Shown: positions 19,968-29,237, numbered from the stretch's first letter. The stretch is 64,000 bases of DNA from an uncultured Nitrososphaerota archaeon (GCA_963701075.1 OY969559.1:1440001-1504000); one strand, 5' to 3'. The notes: generated from the letters alone by a model not told the origin. A program made the numbers and translations.

Positions 19968-20100
19968 ACCTGACTAGCGCAATAGTTGCTTAAATTATCT
20001 ACATTTTTGTGGCTTCCAATACTGTAGAGAAAAATTTTCCCCCTAGACTTTATCGTATAACCAGATTTCAAAAACATCAAGAAGAGAATTAATTTACGAA

Positions 20101-21270
20101 TCATTGGTCAAATCTATCTGCCCAGTGTTTTCTCTCTTCGTATTGAGTAGGACCAGTTGGACCTACAACTTCGTTTGCTCTTGCTAGTTCTTGTTTTGTT
20201 ACCCTACTGCTCCACCAGAAAACTCCTATTGCTACAACTACACCAAATGCCGCCATTGAATATATCACTTGGACTGGATAATCACCAGTTGACGAGATAC
20301 CGCTGCCTTGAGGTGCCTGCGGGCTTGAACCAAAATATTCTATTTCATTGATATCTGTCACAGCTACGTAACCATCAATCTGAATACTGGCCAAGCTTGC
20401 TCTTTCTGTGTAGCTGACTGGATAATCCACATCCAATTTCAAATCAGCATTCTTAACAGTTGGAAGCATCCGCCCTTCACTAATGTTGCTCTCGCCAGTA
20501 CTATATGTGGAGATAACTATTTTTTGTCCCTTATATCCAAGAATATTGGTATCGACCAGCGTATAGGCTGGGTCAAACAGGTGTTGCCACTGAGATATGG
20601 GATCAAGCAGAAGATCATTTGATGCCATCAATGGATCGTCAAATAGATTCTCTGCCGCAGTACCCTGCAACTTGTTGTAAAGATCTGGAGATTGCATTTT
20701 TATAAAATCGATTGGCGAGTTAAGGTCAAACTGGCCATAGTTTTGGATGTTTACTAGCATGGTGCCATTTATCGTAAGCCCCATCCACTGGACATCAAGT
20801 ATTGCTGCACTGTCACTTGTGGCCTTTCTTAACACATAATTTGATACAGTTGGAATAAATGTTATCTTATAATCTACATGAGTTTCTGAATTGCTAGAAT
20901 ATAGCATTGCCTCATATGTAATATCAACATCTGTGATGTTTGCAGCACTACCCAGCCCTTGAGATATTTTTTGGTTAAGACTGTTTATCAGTACTTTCTT
21001 CATTGGATCAGATGGGTCAACATGGTAAGTCATGGTAACATTTTTTCCGATAAGAAGATTCTCCAGATTTCCCCCGTTTGGATAATCAATCACATATGAC
21101 CTTTGAAATTGAAATGATGGTTGTGCACTAGTTGATGTAGTGCTAAGCACTGCATTCAGCTCTACTGCATTTGCAGGTACAACAAGTCCTGCAAGAACAA
21201 TCGCTGCAAGTATTAGAGAATAAGATAGATGTTTTCCCGCACCACTTTTGTTTTTGATTTTTGTGTTCAT
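20101..21270 (-). CDS. Exported protein with signal peptide and C-terminal membrane anchor (probable start ATG 21270)
   Basis: N-terminal signal-like segment (LILAAIVLAGLVVPANA), soluble domain, and a TM helix (VIYSMAAFGVVVAIGVFWW). Lies directly behind a fluoride riboswitch. Confidence 0.85.
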   Translation of the reverse strand: MNTKIKNKSGAGKHLSYSLILAAIVLAGLVVPANAVELNAVLSTTSTSAQPSFQFQRSYVIDYPNGGNLENLLIGKNVTMTYHVDPSDPMKKVLINSLNQKISQGLGSAANITDVDITYEAMLYSSNSETHVDYKITFIPTVSNYVLRKATSDSAAILDVQWMGLTINGTMLVNIQNYGQFDLNSPIDFIKMQSPDLYNKLQGTAAENLFDDPLMASNDLLLDPISQWQHLFDPAYTLVDTNILGYKGQKIVISTYSTGESNISEGRMLPTVKNADLKLDVDYPVSYTERASLASIQIDGYVAVTDINEIEYFGSSPQAPQGSGISSTGDYPVQVIYSMAAFGVVVAIGVFWWSSRVTKQELARANEVVGPTGPTQYEERKHWADRFDQ

Positions 21271-21360
21271 TTGTCTACCTATCAATTTCCATTAGGTAGA
21301 CATTATCAGCATCATTTGATGCGGTTTAGAATTTTTATTTCAAGGCTAATGTCATAGCCT
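21271..21360 (-). promoter_or_regulatory. Fluoride riboswitch (crcB motif), copy 2, with translational expression platform
   Basis: Minus strand reads AGGCUAUGACAUUAGCCUU...AAACCGCAUC-AAAU-GAUGCUGAUAAUGUCUAC. P1 is GGCU/AGCC, the pseudoknot is ACAUU/AAUGU, and UGAU and CUAC are conserved. Hairpin UGUCUACCUA/UAGGUAGACA ends 1 nt before the AUG. TATA-like CCTTAAAAG lies about 25 nt upstream. Confidence 0.9.
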
Positions 21361-21446
21361 ATCATGCTGTATTACATGGTGCTTTTAAGGCTTTTTATGA
21401 GTTGAATATGGTCATTTAATTTGAAACGTGAAAAGTTCTTTTTCAT

Positions 21447-21935
21447 TCATGCCGGTTTTGTTTTGTCCTTGGTGTAAAAGTCAAGGAAGGATTCAAAGTC
21501 TATTGGCTCGTCTAAAATTTCTGATATTTTTGCTACTTTATTTGCTACAGAAACACATTGTTGTCTGAAATCATCTTCGTTAAATTCTATTACAGTTAGT
21601 TTTGTCTTGATGTCTTGAATCTCATCTTTTAATTTAGCATTAACAACTAGTATCACTCTCAATCCTTTTCCTTGTGCATAGCCTATCTCTTGATTAAGCA
21701 GACTTGAATTGAGAAGATTCGAAGTTAGAATCGCAATAAAACAAATGGATGAACGAATCATATCTTTGAGTTCAGTTGAAATGAAATTGCCGTGAGAGTC
21801 TCCACCTGCCATGAAAGCCCCAAATCCTTTTTCTTCAAGTATCGATTCTAAGGTAGATGCTTTTTTATGATCTTCTTTGTCATAGCACACAAACACCTTA
21901 AATTTTCCACGGGTCTTCTTGTCTTCTGGTGTCAT
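21447..21935 (-). CDS. Stand-alone TIR-domain protein
   Basis: KVFVCYDKED..A..L...L...GF..F, I..S..FIAILT.N...S....QEIGYA. The catalytic-position Glu is retained. Confidence 0.85.
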   Translation of the reverse strand: MTPEDKKTRGKFKVFVCYDKEDHKKASTLESILEEKGFGAFMAGGDSHGNFISTELKDMIRSSICFIAILTSNLLNSSLLNQEIGYAQGKGLRVILVVNAKLKDEIQDIKTKLTVIEFNEDDFRQQCVSVANKVAKISEILDEPIDFESFLDFYTKDKTKPA

Positions 21936-22054
21936 TTTACCTCAATTTTTCCTGATCTATCATCGTTGATTATAATGTTTAATCGGCATGAAAGTTTCTT
22001 CCAGTTAAGACTAACTCTTCTACGTGTAATTTTGGCATCTAGTTTGTATTTCAT
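21932..22054 (-). CDS. Unannotated 40-aa basic ORF (MKYKLDAKITRRRVSLNWKKLSCRLNIIINDDRSGKIEVK)
   Basis: The ATG occupies the same position relative to riboswitch copy 1 as the 21270 ATG does to copy 2. Its TGA overlaps the TIR ATG (ATGA). Confidence 0.6.
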   Translation of the reverse strand: MKYKLDAKITRRRVSLNWKKLSCRLNIIINDDRSGKIEVK

Positions 22055-22145
22055 TTGTCTACCCATCTAATTTCCATGTGGTAGACATTATCAGAGCCCA
22101 TAGGACACGGTTTTGGTTTTTACACCAAGGCTAATGTCATAGCCG
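22055..22145 (-). promoter_or_regulatory. Fluoride riboswitch (crcB motif), copy 1, with translational expression platform
   Basis: Minus strand reads CGGCUAUGACAUUAGCC-UUGGUGUAAAAACCAA-AACCGUGUCCUAUGGGCUCUGAUAAUGUCUACC...GGGUAGACAAAUG. TATA-like TTATAAA at 22172-22178. Confidence 0.88.
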
Positions 22146-22229
22146 CGTATTCTGTAACCTTCTAGATCACATTTATAATTTTTGGTCAATGTGCGGTTTG
22201 TTTCATGTTTATACAATAATAGAAAAAAG

Positions 22230-22769
22230 TCAGCTTCTAAGATACCGTCCCATCAGTTCAGTTTGGTCTATTACGTGTCCATTCATAGCTTGTTCCAAAT
22301 CACTTCTTGTTGCATTCTGATCAAGATTAAGAGTAGCGTCCAAGGCATAAAGGGTAAAGAAGTATCTATGTGTTCCAGAGTGAGGACATGGCCCTTTGTA
22401 GCCATGCGTTCCAGCACTTGTAACTCCTTGAGGAAACATTACGTCTTCGCCTGCATAGAACGTGGTGTTATTGATTGGAATATTCCACATTGTCCAATGC
22501 GTAAATGGTCCTTTTGGCGCATCAACATCAACAACAGTGAGTGCAAGACTTTTTGCAGTTTGTGGAACACCAGATATCGCAAGGGGAGGTGAGATGCTAT
22601 TACCATCACATGTATATTGTGACGGAATAGTTCCATTATTTTCAAATGCCGAACTGGATAACACAAAAGTTTGATCATGTCCTATTTGAATTACATTTTC
22701 CTGTACAAGTAAGAAAGATATTGTAAAAATTGCGGCAGCAATAGGTATTACATAAATCAAAGATCGCAT
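22230..22769 (-). CDS. YbhB/YbcL (PEBP) family protein, membrane-anchored
   Basis: IPSQYTCDG.SISPPL, D.DAP..PFTHW and YKGPCP..GTHRYFF.LYALD. Confidence 0.95.
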   Translation of the reverse strand: MRSLIYVIPIAAAIFTISFLLVQENVIQIGHDQTFVLSSSAFENNGTIPSQYTCDGNSISPPLAISGVPQTAKSLALTVVDVDAPKGPFTHWTMWNIPINNTTFYAGEDVMFPQGVTSAGTHGYKGPCPHSGTHRYFFTLYALDATLNLDQNATRSDLEQAMNGHVIDQTELMGRYLRS

Positions 22770-22879
22770 GTGAAAACTAGGCTGTGCTTTTAAATAAATT
22801 AATTCAAGGCCGGGAATGCCTCTAAAAGACAGGTAAGAAAATTACAAGATTTTAATAGATTTGAGAATGAACTAGAGCT

Positions 22880-23956
22880 GTGGTCGTAGACGTAATTAGG
22901 ACAATCAATAGAGTTGGCAAGTGGTCTTTGAATAGAGCAGTTGGAAAAAGGAGACCTCTGATTGCAGTTTTTAGCCTCACCCATTATTGTAATTATTACT
23001 GCCCCATGTGTCCATTTGGAGATCCAGACAAGCAAGGACAGATAAAGTTTGCAAGTAAAAATGACTTGACAACTGATCAATGGAAGCAGATTTTTGATAA
23101 AGTTGCAGAGTATTGCATTTGGTCCATAATAGAGGGCGGAGAACCTACAAGCAGACCTGATTTCATGGAGCTTGTGCGCCACGTGTACAGCCTCAAATTA
23201 CCTATCACGTTGATTACAAACTGTTCATTGTTACATACAATTGATCTTGATGAACTAAAAAACTACGTTCAGTTCATTACATGTAGTATAGATTCGGTAT
23301 TTGAAGAATCTTATTGCAAAGTTCGCGGAGTTACTCCTCAGATGTATCAACGCGTAATGCAAAACCTACAATTGTTGACAGAACACAAGGTACCACATTA
23401 CTTCAATTCGGTCATAACCAAGTTTAACACAAAAGAATTCATCGACAAATCATATTTTAAAAGGGCAAAAGAGCTTGGCGTAAGTTCAGTTTCTCTGACC
23501 TTTGTAGAAGACAGATCAGATGTAGATTATTCTCTGCTTCCTGACAGGGAGACCATTGTGAAAGTTTGCCAGAGTGTACTTGAACACATTCACAGTAAAG
23601 AAGATCCTCAAATCATGATCCCACCGCAATACTTTGAACAGATAATCGAACACGGTCGTGGCATGTATGATGAGTGCGGGGTGTGGAAGAGCATCTTTGT
23701 GAATGGAAATGGCACAGTCATGGTACCATGCTGGAAATATAGCAAACCAGAGAACACGTACAACCTTCTTGAAAAGAGCGTGGACGAAATCTGGAGTGCG
23801 CCACAGTGGGAGATTGCAAAGACATGCCATGACTGTGAAGTGTTGGGATGTATATGGTATTCTTCACAGCCGGTAACAACTTTTGCCCAAAACTATATGC
23901 GAGGGCTATCCAAGATGATTAACCAGCGTGTTCCTGAAACAGCACAGCAAATCTAA
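22880..23956 (+). CDS. Radical SAM protein with SPASM/twitch-like C-terminus
   Basis: CNYYCPMC, EGGEP, and extra Cys in ECG...PCW...CHDC...C. Confidence 0.92.
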   Translation: MVVDVIRTINRVGKWSLNRAVGKRRPLIAVFSLTHYCNYYCPMCPFGDPDKQGQIKFASKNDLTTDQWKQIFDKVAEYCIWSIIEGGEPTSRPDFMELVRHVYSLKLPITLITNCSLLHTIDLDELKNYVQFITCSIDSVFEESYCKVRGVTPQMYQRVMQNLQLLTEHKVPHYFNSVITKFNTKEFIDKSYFKRAKELGVSSVSLTFVEDRSDVDYSLLPDRETIVKVCQSVLEHIHSKEDPQIMIPPQYFEQIIEHGRGMYDECGVWKSIFVNGNGTVMVPCWKYSKPENTYNLLEKSVDEIWSAPQWEIAKTCHDCEVLGCIWYSSQPVTTFAQNYMRGLSKMINQRVPETAQQI

Positions 23957-24828
23957 TTGTTTTTTTGTGCAACAATCAGATCTACTTTGTAATTCAAACT
24001 TAGCCTAGAATTCATGTTTAATTTCCATGGAATAAAGCTTGGATTGATTGTTCTTTGAATTAATTTAAATCCAGTATTCTTCAAGTATGATCTTAATTCT
24101 TCTGGACTTGTTTTTGATTTTACAGAGTTTTTCCCTCGCTCAAAGTCATATGGGTCTGACAACACAAGAAATCTCTTGGATTGGTGTGAAACAATCTGCA
24201 AAAGTTCGGATGGTTCTACAATATCAAGCAAGTTTAAGGCAATTACCAAATCAAATTTTTTATCCCCAAAAGGAGTGTTTAGTGAGTCAGCTACCATAAA
24301 ATCGGAATTTTTTCTTTGGCGCCTTTTTGCTTCCAGAATCGCATAAAATGATTTATCTATTCCAAATACACGAGAGTTTTGTTTTGCAGATTCTCTTGCC
24401 ACAGAACCTATTGAACATCCATGTTCCAGTACAAGGTCGCATCTAGGTAATTTTTGAATCGAGTTTTTGACATGCGCGTAGAATTTTGAGCCCATGCTAC
24501 GTTTGTAAATCCCGGTCCAGTTTCTTTCCAAGTCCGAAGTATCTTCAGATGCACGGTTTATCTTTCTCAAGGCGTTCTTTACAAATGACTTCATTTTTGG
24601 AGATTTGGCCATTAACATCAACTGACCCCCTAGTATCATCCTAATTGAGAGGTACGACGAAAAGTGGTCTATCATGAAAGGTACAGAAGATATAACAGGA
24701 TAATTATGACCGCATTTTACACAATTGAGAAATCCTTCTTGGATTTCTTCACTAGATACCAATGATTCAATTGATAGATCTGACTTGCATATTATGCAGC
24801 GCAAATATTCCACGGTAAAGTCAAGCAA
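23953..24828 (-). CDS. Class I SAM methyltransferase with N-terminal Trm112-like zinc module
   Basis: LRCIIC...C..C...YPV N-terminus, VLEHGCSIG and FDLVIALN. Confidence 0.85.
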   Translation of the reverse strand: MLDFTVEYLRCIICKSDLSIESLVSSEEIQEGFLNCVKCGHNYPVISSVPFMIDHFSSYLSIRMILGGQLMLMAKSPKMKSFVKNALRKINRASEDTSDLERNWTGIYKRSMGSKFYAHVKNSIQKLPRCDLVLEHGCSIGSVARESAKQNSRVFGIDKSFYAILEAKRRQRKNSDFMVADSLNTPFGDKKFDLVIALNLLDIVEPSELLQIVSHQSKRFLVLSDPYDFERGKNSVKSKTSPEELRSYLKNTGFKLIQRTINPSFIPWKLNMNSRLSLNYKVDLIVAQKNN

Positions 24829-24870
24829 TGAAACTTTAGAATATGTTACAGATTAAATCTATACCGTTAT

Positions 24871-25672
24871 TTACTCTCGAATTTTGCTTTCTTGAAACGA
24901 GTCAGAGTTATACCAGCAGTATCTAAAATAGTCTAGACACCATTCGTGGAACAGAGGATCTTTACTATAAAACATCTCACGTATGTCTGTGATACCATCC
25001 ATGGTAGGAAAACCAACACATGCCTCTTTCTCATTTAATACCACGACCACATCTGTGCTTGCACTCATTTTTCGCTCAACCAAGCCTTTATCAATTAAAT
25101 CTTTCATGCCTAATTTTTTGAGCAAATCTTGTCTGCCTTTAGGAACTATAACAGATTCTGAAAAAATGTAATTTAGTTTAACCCCCTTTCTTACTTTCAG
25201 CTAAAAGGGGTTCTATAAGATCAAGTGGCACTTCAGTGAAAATTTCATAAACAAATTCATCCGCATTTTTGTAAATTGACTTCCATTGCTCTAGAACCTT
25301 GACAAATCCTTTTACCTGTTGCCCTCCCGCAAGTGCGCCTATTCTTTGTATAAATTTCATTGAAACATTTCCAAAATTGTGATTCTCAAAATATTTTCTA
25401 TTCTTAGAAAGAAACAACAATGATGGGACTTGGGTGCACATTGTTTTGCCATATGTAGTAAGATCGTACAAGCCGTCACGGTCCTTTACAATCAGCCCTG
25501 CATCTGCAAGTCGCTCAAAGTTCCTATGAACCTCCTGAACCGTGGCGTGCAATTCTTTAGCCATGTTTGAGATCTTGGATTTTTTCTCTAAAAGTTTGAA
25601 TATTATGTTCAGACGTTGTTCGCTCGCAAGTTCAAGAAAGTCATGTGCTGCATTCTCATAGATATCAGTCAC
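24871..25672 (-). CDS. ArsR-type wHTH transcriptional regulator with C-terminal domain, split by a 1-nt insertion at about 25198
   Basis: LASEQRL.I...L and HRNFERLADAGLI...YDLTTYG. Continues to FHEWCLDYF once one base beside AGCT is removed. Confidence 0.82.
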
Positions 25673-25859
25673 TGGTAGAACTGTGCCAAGTTATTTATGT
25701 AAATCTTTGCTCTTTTTATCATGGATTCTTTTCAAGTCAACAAATGTAAGATCGCATGTATCAAGTTTTTATTTTAAAATACTAAAAGAAGACATGTACA
25801 AAAAGGCTAGGTAACTTAGTTAAGTAACCCATTAAATCAAAGATGAGAAATTAAGAATA

Positions 25860-26150
25860 ATGCTAGAGGTGGGAGATATTAATGAGGAGATGCAAGATCT
25901 CTTGTCAGATAAATCTAATAGAATGATATTGAAATCGATTATGACAATCCCAAAATCTACAACACGGCTTTGTATAGAATGCAACATACCTACAAGCACT
26001 GCTTATAGAAAGATGCAAAAATTACTTGACTATAAAGTAATACGCAGAATTGGAACCATAAATGAGGCAGGTAAAAGAGAGATACTCTACAAAAGTAATT
26101 TTTCTGTTTTGAAGAAAACACCAGAATGGGAAGAATTGTTGTTAAACTAA
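25860..26150 (+). CDS. Small winged-helix DNA-binding protein
   Basis: R.IL......PKS...L...C.IP.ST.YRK...L. Confidence 0.8.
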   Translation: MLEVGDINEEMQDLLSDKSNRMILKSIMTIPKSTTRLCIECNIPTSTAYRKMQKLLDYKVIRRIGTINEAGKREILYKSNFSVLKKTPEWEELLLN

Positions 26151-26176
26151 AATAAAGTGTCATTTTTGTATATGAT

Positions 26177-26545
26177 ATGATTACTGTCAATTGTAGAGAT
26201 ATCCTTCCCATAAAATCAACATTGGCAGTCTATACTTCTGACCAGGTAGGAGCAGTTCCGGCCTTAAAATCACGCGAGTTTGTTCTTGCTCCTATAGAAG
26301 ACGAGGAGATCAACGCCGCAAATGTAATCACAGCAATCAAAATGTTCCTTGCATCTTTGGGATGTGAAAAACACTTTGCGGTAATACAGAAAAATGATGT
26401 CATTTCAGTAGTTGCACTTGATGGATATAAGATAGAGGCGCCGCCACAAGGTATCTCAGACCAGTTTTTTTCGTGCGTTCATTGCGGCCATGTTACCCAA
26501 TTTGAGACAGTGCACAGAAATCACATGAAGATCCATTACCTATAG
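26177..26545 (+). CDS. Hypothetical protein with C-terminal C2H2-type zinc finger
   Basis: FSCVHCGH...HMKIHY. Confidence 0.75.
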   Translation: MITVNCRDILPIKSTLAVYTSDQVGAVPALKSREFVLAPIEDEEINAANVITAIKMFLASLGCEKHFAVIQKNDVISVVALDGYKIEAPPQGISDQFFSCVHCGHVTQFETVHRNHMKIHYL

Positions 26546-26641
26546 GATGTGTCTTGATCAGAGATTTTCTTGTTCAATAACCAAAAATCCCATAATTAGA
26601 CCAAAAAATTGCTTTCACGTACAAGAAATGATGCATGAATT

Positions 26642-26926
26642 TTAATTGGCAACTACTTCGTAGAATATTGGCCGAGGGGCAGTTTCCATGTATGAATGAC
26701 CCTTTGCTTGAATTCTAGAATGTTCTTGTGTTTGATGCATTTTTTCAAACTTTTCTTGACTCTCAAACTCTATCAATATGGTGTGTTTACCAGTACGAGT
26801 TGCTAGCAATCTTCTGTTAATGAACCCATCAAACTTGGCAAGATCCTTGTTAGATTCATTTATCCATTTTTTGAATTCTTCGTCCATTCCATTTTTGAGT
26901 TGAATCTCAGCTACAACTACGAACAT
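26642..26926 (-). CDS. Antibiotic biosynthesis monooxygenase (ABM) family protein
   Basis: MFVVV..I..K.G..EEF, GFI.RRLL, FES.E.F and YEVV. Confidence 0.85.
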   Translation of the reverse strand: MFVVVAEIQLKNGMDEEFKKWINESNKDLAKFDGFINRRLLATRTGKHTILIEFESQEKFEKMHQTQEHSRIQAKGHSYMETAPRPIFYEVVAN

Positions 26927-27039
26927 AGAATTACTCGATGACTAAGGACTTAAGAGGATTTCTAATATTCCCACTCTTTGCAAATAAGGTCACAGTAGAC
27001 TCAATAATGCTAAATACGGGATTACTTTCGATCAGATGT

Positions 27040-27297
27040 ATGAATGAGAAACTGCTCATATTTGGAGGAATTGCGGCAGCAGTTGTAATTATGACCACGG
27101 CAGTTTTCCCATTTTGGAATCTCATTCCTACCATGGTAACTGAAGAAGTTACAGTAAAAGCAGTAGACCAAAGCGGTTGTTATGTTGAGACTCATGATCA
27201 TTTCGTCATAAAGATACCTCCATGCAATGCACAGCCTGGACAGAACATCACCGCGACGTTTGATGCAAAAGTAAGAGACCGTGAAAAGCAGATCTAA
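27040..27297 (+). CDS. Small membrane-anchored hypothetical protein
   Basis: N-terminal TM helix followed by a short beta domain with two Cys. Start placed at the in-frame ATG 27040. Confidence 0.65.
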   Translation: MNEKLLIFGGIAAAVVIMTTAVFPFWNLIPTMVTEEVTVKAVDQSGCYVETHDHFVIKIPPCNAQPGQNITATFDAKVRDREKQI

Positions 27298-27650
27298 AGC
27301 AATTTCAGACTTTGAGTAACCTTATCAATCGTGTCTTCGGGAGCGGGTCCTATAGAGATGCAAGTCACTGTTCCAGGTTCGATCTGGGTGTGGCCCGCAT
27401 CAGTTACCTCCGACCATGGCAGACCAAGAGTTATTACATGTTTTTTTACATTTTCCAATTCAGATAAACTTGAAACCTTGAGCACCACTTTTTCTTGACC
27501 AGATTCTTGCCATGCGTCATACCATTCCCTATGAGACTTTCTCACATGTTCTGCACCCAGAACACATGCATGTCCCACTTGGGCGGCAATCTTTCCAGTG
27601 CCCATTCCAAGATCCTTTCTTACCACTATTACTTGTTTAATGGTACCCAT
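27294..27650 (-). CDS. pth2: Peptidyl-tRNA hydrolase Pth2
   Basis: KQVIVVRKDL.M..GK.AAQ..HA, DAGHTQI.PGT.T and IGPAP. Confidence 0.96.
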   Translation of the reverse strand: MGTIKQVIVVRKDLGMGTGKIAAQVGHACVLGAEHVRKSHREWYDAWQESGQEKVVLKVSSLSELENVKKHVITLGLPWSEVTDAGHTQIEPGTVTCISIGPAPEDTIDKVTQSLKLL

Positions 27651-27864
27651 ATCAATTTGGAATAATAATAGTACATGTTAAACTTTTGAACTGAAAGTAT
27701 TTTTGTCATGGACTATAACTGATGTGAGACACAAAATCTTCAAAAGTTGAAGAATGTAAGAATTCGTTCTGTTTTTTACAAACACGTAATTTTATTCCAA
27801 ACCAGAGGTAAGTATCTCCTTGACACGATGTTTGATATAAATAAATGATAAAAAGTAACAAGTC

Positions 27865-29001
27865 ATGGATTACGACGTAGTTGTTGCAGGTGGAAGTGTG
27901 GCGGGACTCTTGTGTGCAAGAGAAATTGCCGTACGAGGCCACAAAGTTCTGGTCATAGAAGAAGACTATGAGATTGGAACGCCAGAACACTGCGGGGGAC
28001 TTGTAAGCACATCAGCCATGGACGATCTTGGAATCATTCCAATGAGAGCTACACTTGATAACAAGGTGAGATCAGCCCGCATAGTAGCACCATCAGGAAA
28101 GAGCTTTACACTTGATGCAAGACCGCAACAAGTCATAGTACTTGATAGGAGAGAATTTGATAAGCAAATTGCGCACCAAGCCAAAGTCAATGGCGCCGAA
28201 ATACGAGTAAGATCATCACTTAGAGAAATAACCAAAGATGGTGTCAGGACAACTGATGGGGATATCAAGTGTAAGATCATAGTAGATGCAAGAGGAGTAT
28301 CCTCTTTAATTCACAAGGACCGTACGGGAACGCTACAATCTGCACAATATGAGGTATATGCAGACTGGATTGATAAGGAGCAAGTCGAAGTATATCTTGA
28401 TCAAGAGAAATACCCGGGATTCTTTGCATGGGTAATACCAACTAGGCGCGACGAGGCAAAAGTCGGAGTTGCCGGAAAGGGAATCAATCCTGCAGCAGTG
28501 CTAGAAGACTTTTTGAAGCAAAAAGGTAGCTATTCCACTGTAAGAAAGATATTTGCACCAATATGGGTAAAGGGCCCAATCAAGGAATTCGTAACAAGAA
28601 ACATAGTAACTGTAGGAGATGCGGCAGGACAAGCAAAACCCACGACGGCAGGTGGAATTTATTCTTCAGGACTTGGCGGAATATTAGCTGGAAATGCCAT
28701 ATCCAAATTTTTGGAATCGGGAAAAGAAAATGAGTTACAGAAATATCAGAAAGAGTGGTCAGATAAATTTGGAAAAGAGTTTGAACAGATGCTTCTTGCC
28801 AGATCTCTTCTTGAAAGACTTGACAACAAATCAATTAATGGTCTTTTTGAATCAATAACTCCTCAAGTGTTAGAGGATATTTCAAAAGAGGGAAGTTTTG
28901 ATTTCCACACAGTATCGGTTGCAAAACTTTTAGGAATAAAGGGTTCTGTAAAAGCTATTCAGGCAATTTTAGGAAACGAATTGAGACGATTATTGAGTTG
29001 A
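27865..29001 (+). CDS. Geranylgeranyl reductase-family FAD oxidoreductase
   Basis: YDVVVAGG..AG, HCGG, LDR.EFD, FAWVIP and VGDAAGQ.KP.TAGGI. Confidence 0.9.
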   Translation: MDYDVVVAGGSVAGLLCAREIAVRGHKVLVIEEDYEIGTPEHCGGLVSTSAMDDLGIIPMRATLDNKVRSARIVAPSGKSFTLDARPQQVIVLDRREFDKQIAHQAKVNGAEIRVRSSLREITKDGVRTTDGDIKCKIIVDARGVSSLIHKDRTGTLQSAQYEVYADWIDKEQVEVYLDQEKYPGFFAWVIPTRRDEAKVGVAGKGINPAAVLEDFLKQKGSYSTVRKIFAPIWVKGPIKEFVTRNIVTVGDAAGQAKPTTAGGIYSSGLGGILAGNAISKFLESGKENELQKYQKEWSDKFGKEFEQMLLARSLLERLDNKSINGLFESITPQVLEDISKEGSFDFHTVSVAKLLGIKGSVKAIQAILGNELRRLLS

Positions 29002-29056
29002 ATGTGCATCTATCCATAAGGAAGATATAAATTCGGTAGCAAGGCCAGCTTCTAAC

Positions 29057-29236
29057 ATGTCATCGTCTATTACTTTGCCAGTATGCAGTTCGTGCCATAG
29101 ACCAATAATGCCTAATGATAAATGTGTGAAATTCAACTGCCCCAACTGCGGCTCAGTACTGCTTTGGCGCTGTGAAAGTTGTAGAGAGGCAGCTAGAATA
29201 TACAAGTGCAAATCATGTGATTTCGAAGGACCATAA
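29057..29236 (+). CDS. Small Zn-ribbon protein (DUF1610 family), absent from the ORF track
   Basis: MSSSITLPVCSSCHRPIMPNDKCVKFNCPNCGSVLLWRCESCREAARIYKCKSCDFEGP. Four CxxC pairs, in the usual position upstream of EF-1beta. Confidence 0.92.
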   Translation: MSSSITLPVCSSCHRPIMPNDKCVKFNCPNCGSVLLWRCESCREAARIYKCKSCDFEGP

Positions 29237-29237
29237 A

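Noticed and set aside
21271-22145. The two roughly 90-nt similar segments as a MITE, CRISPR repeat or att pair around the TIR gene
   Set aside because: Conservation follows the fluoride-aptamer structure, each copy has its own TATA and AUG, and there is no target duplication or spacer array.
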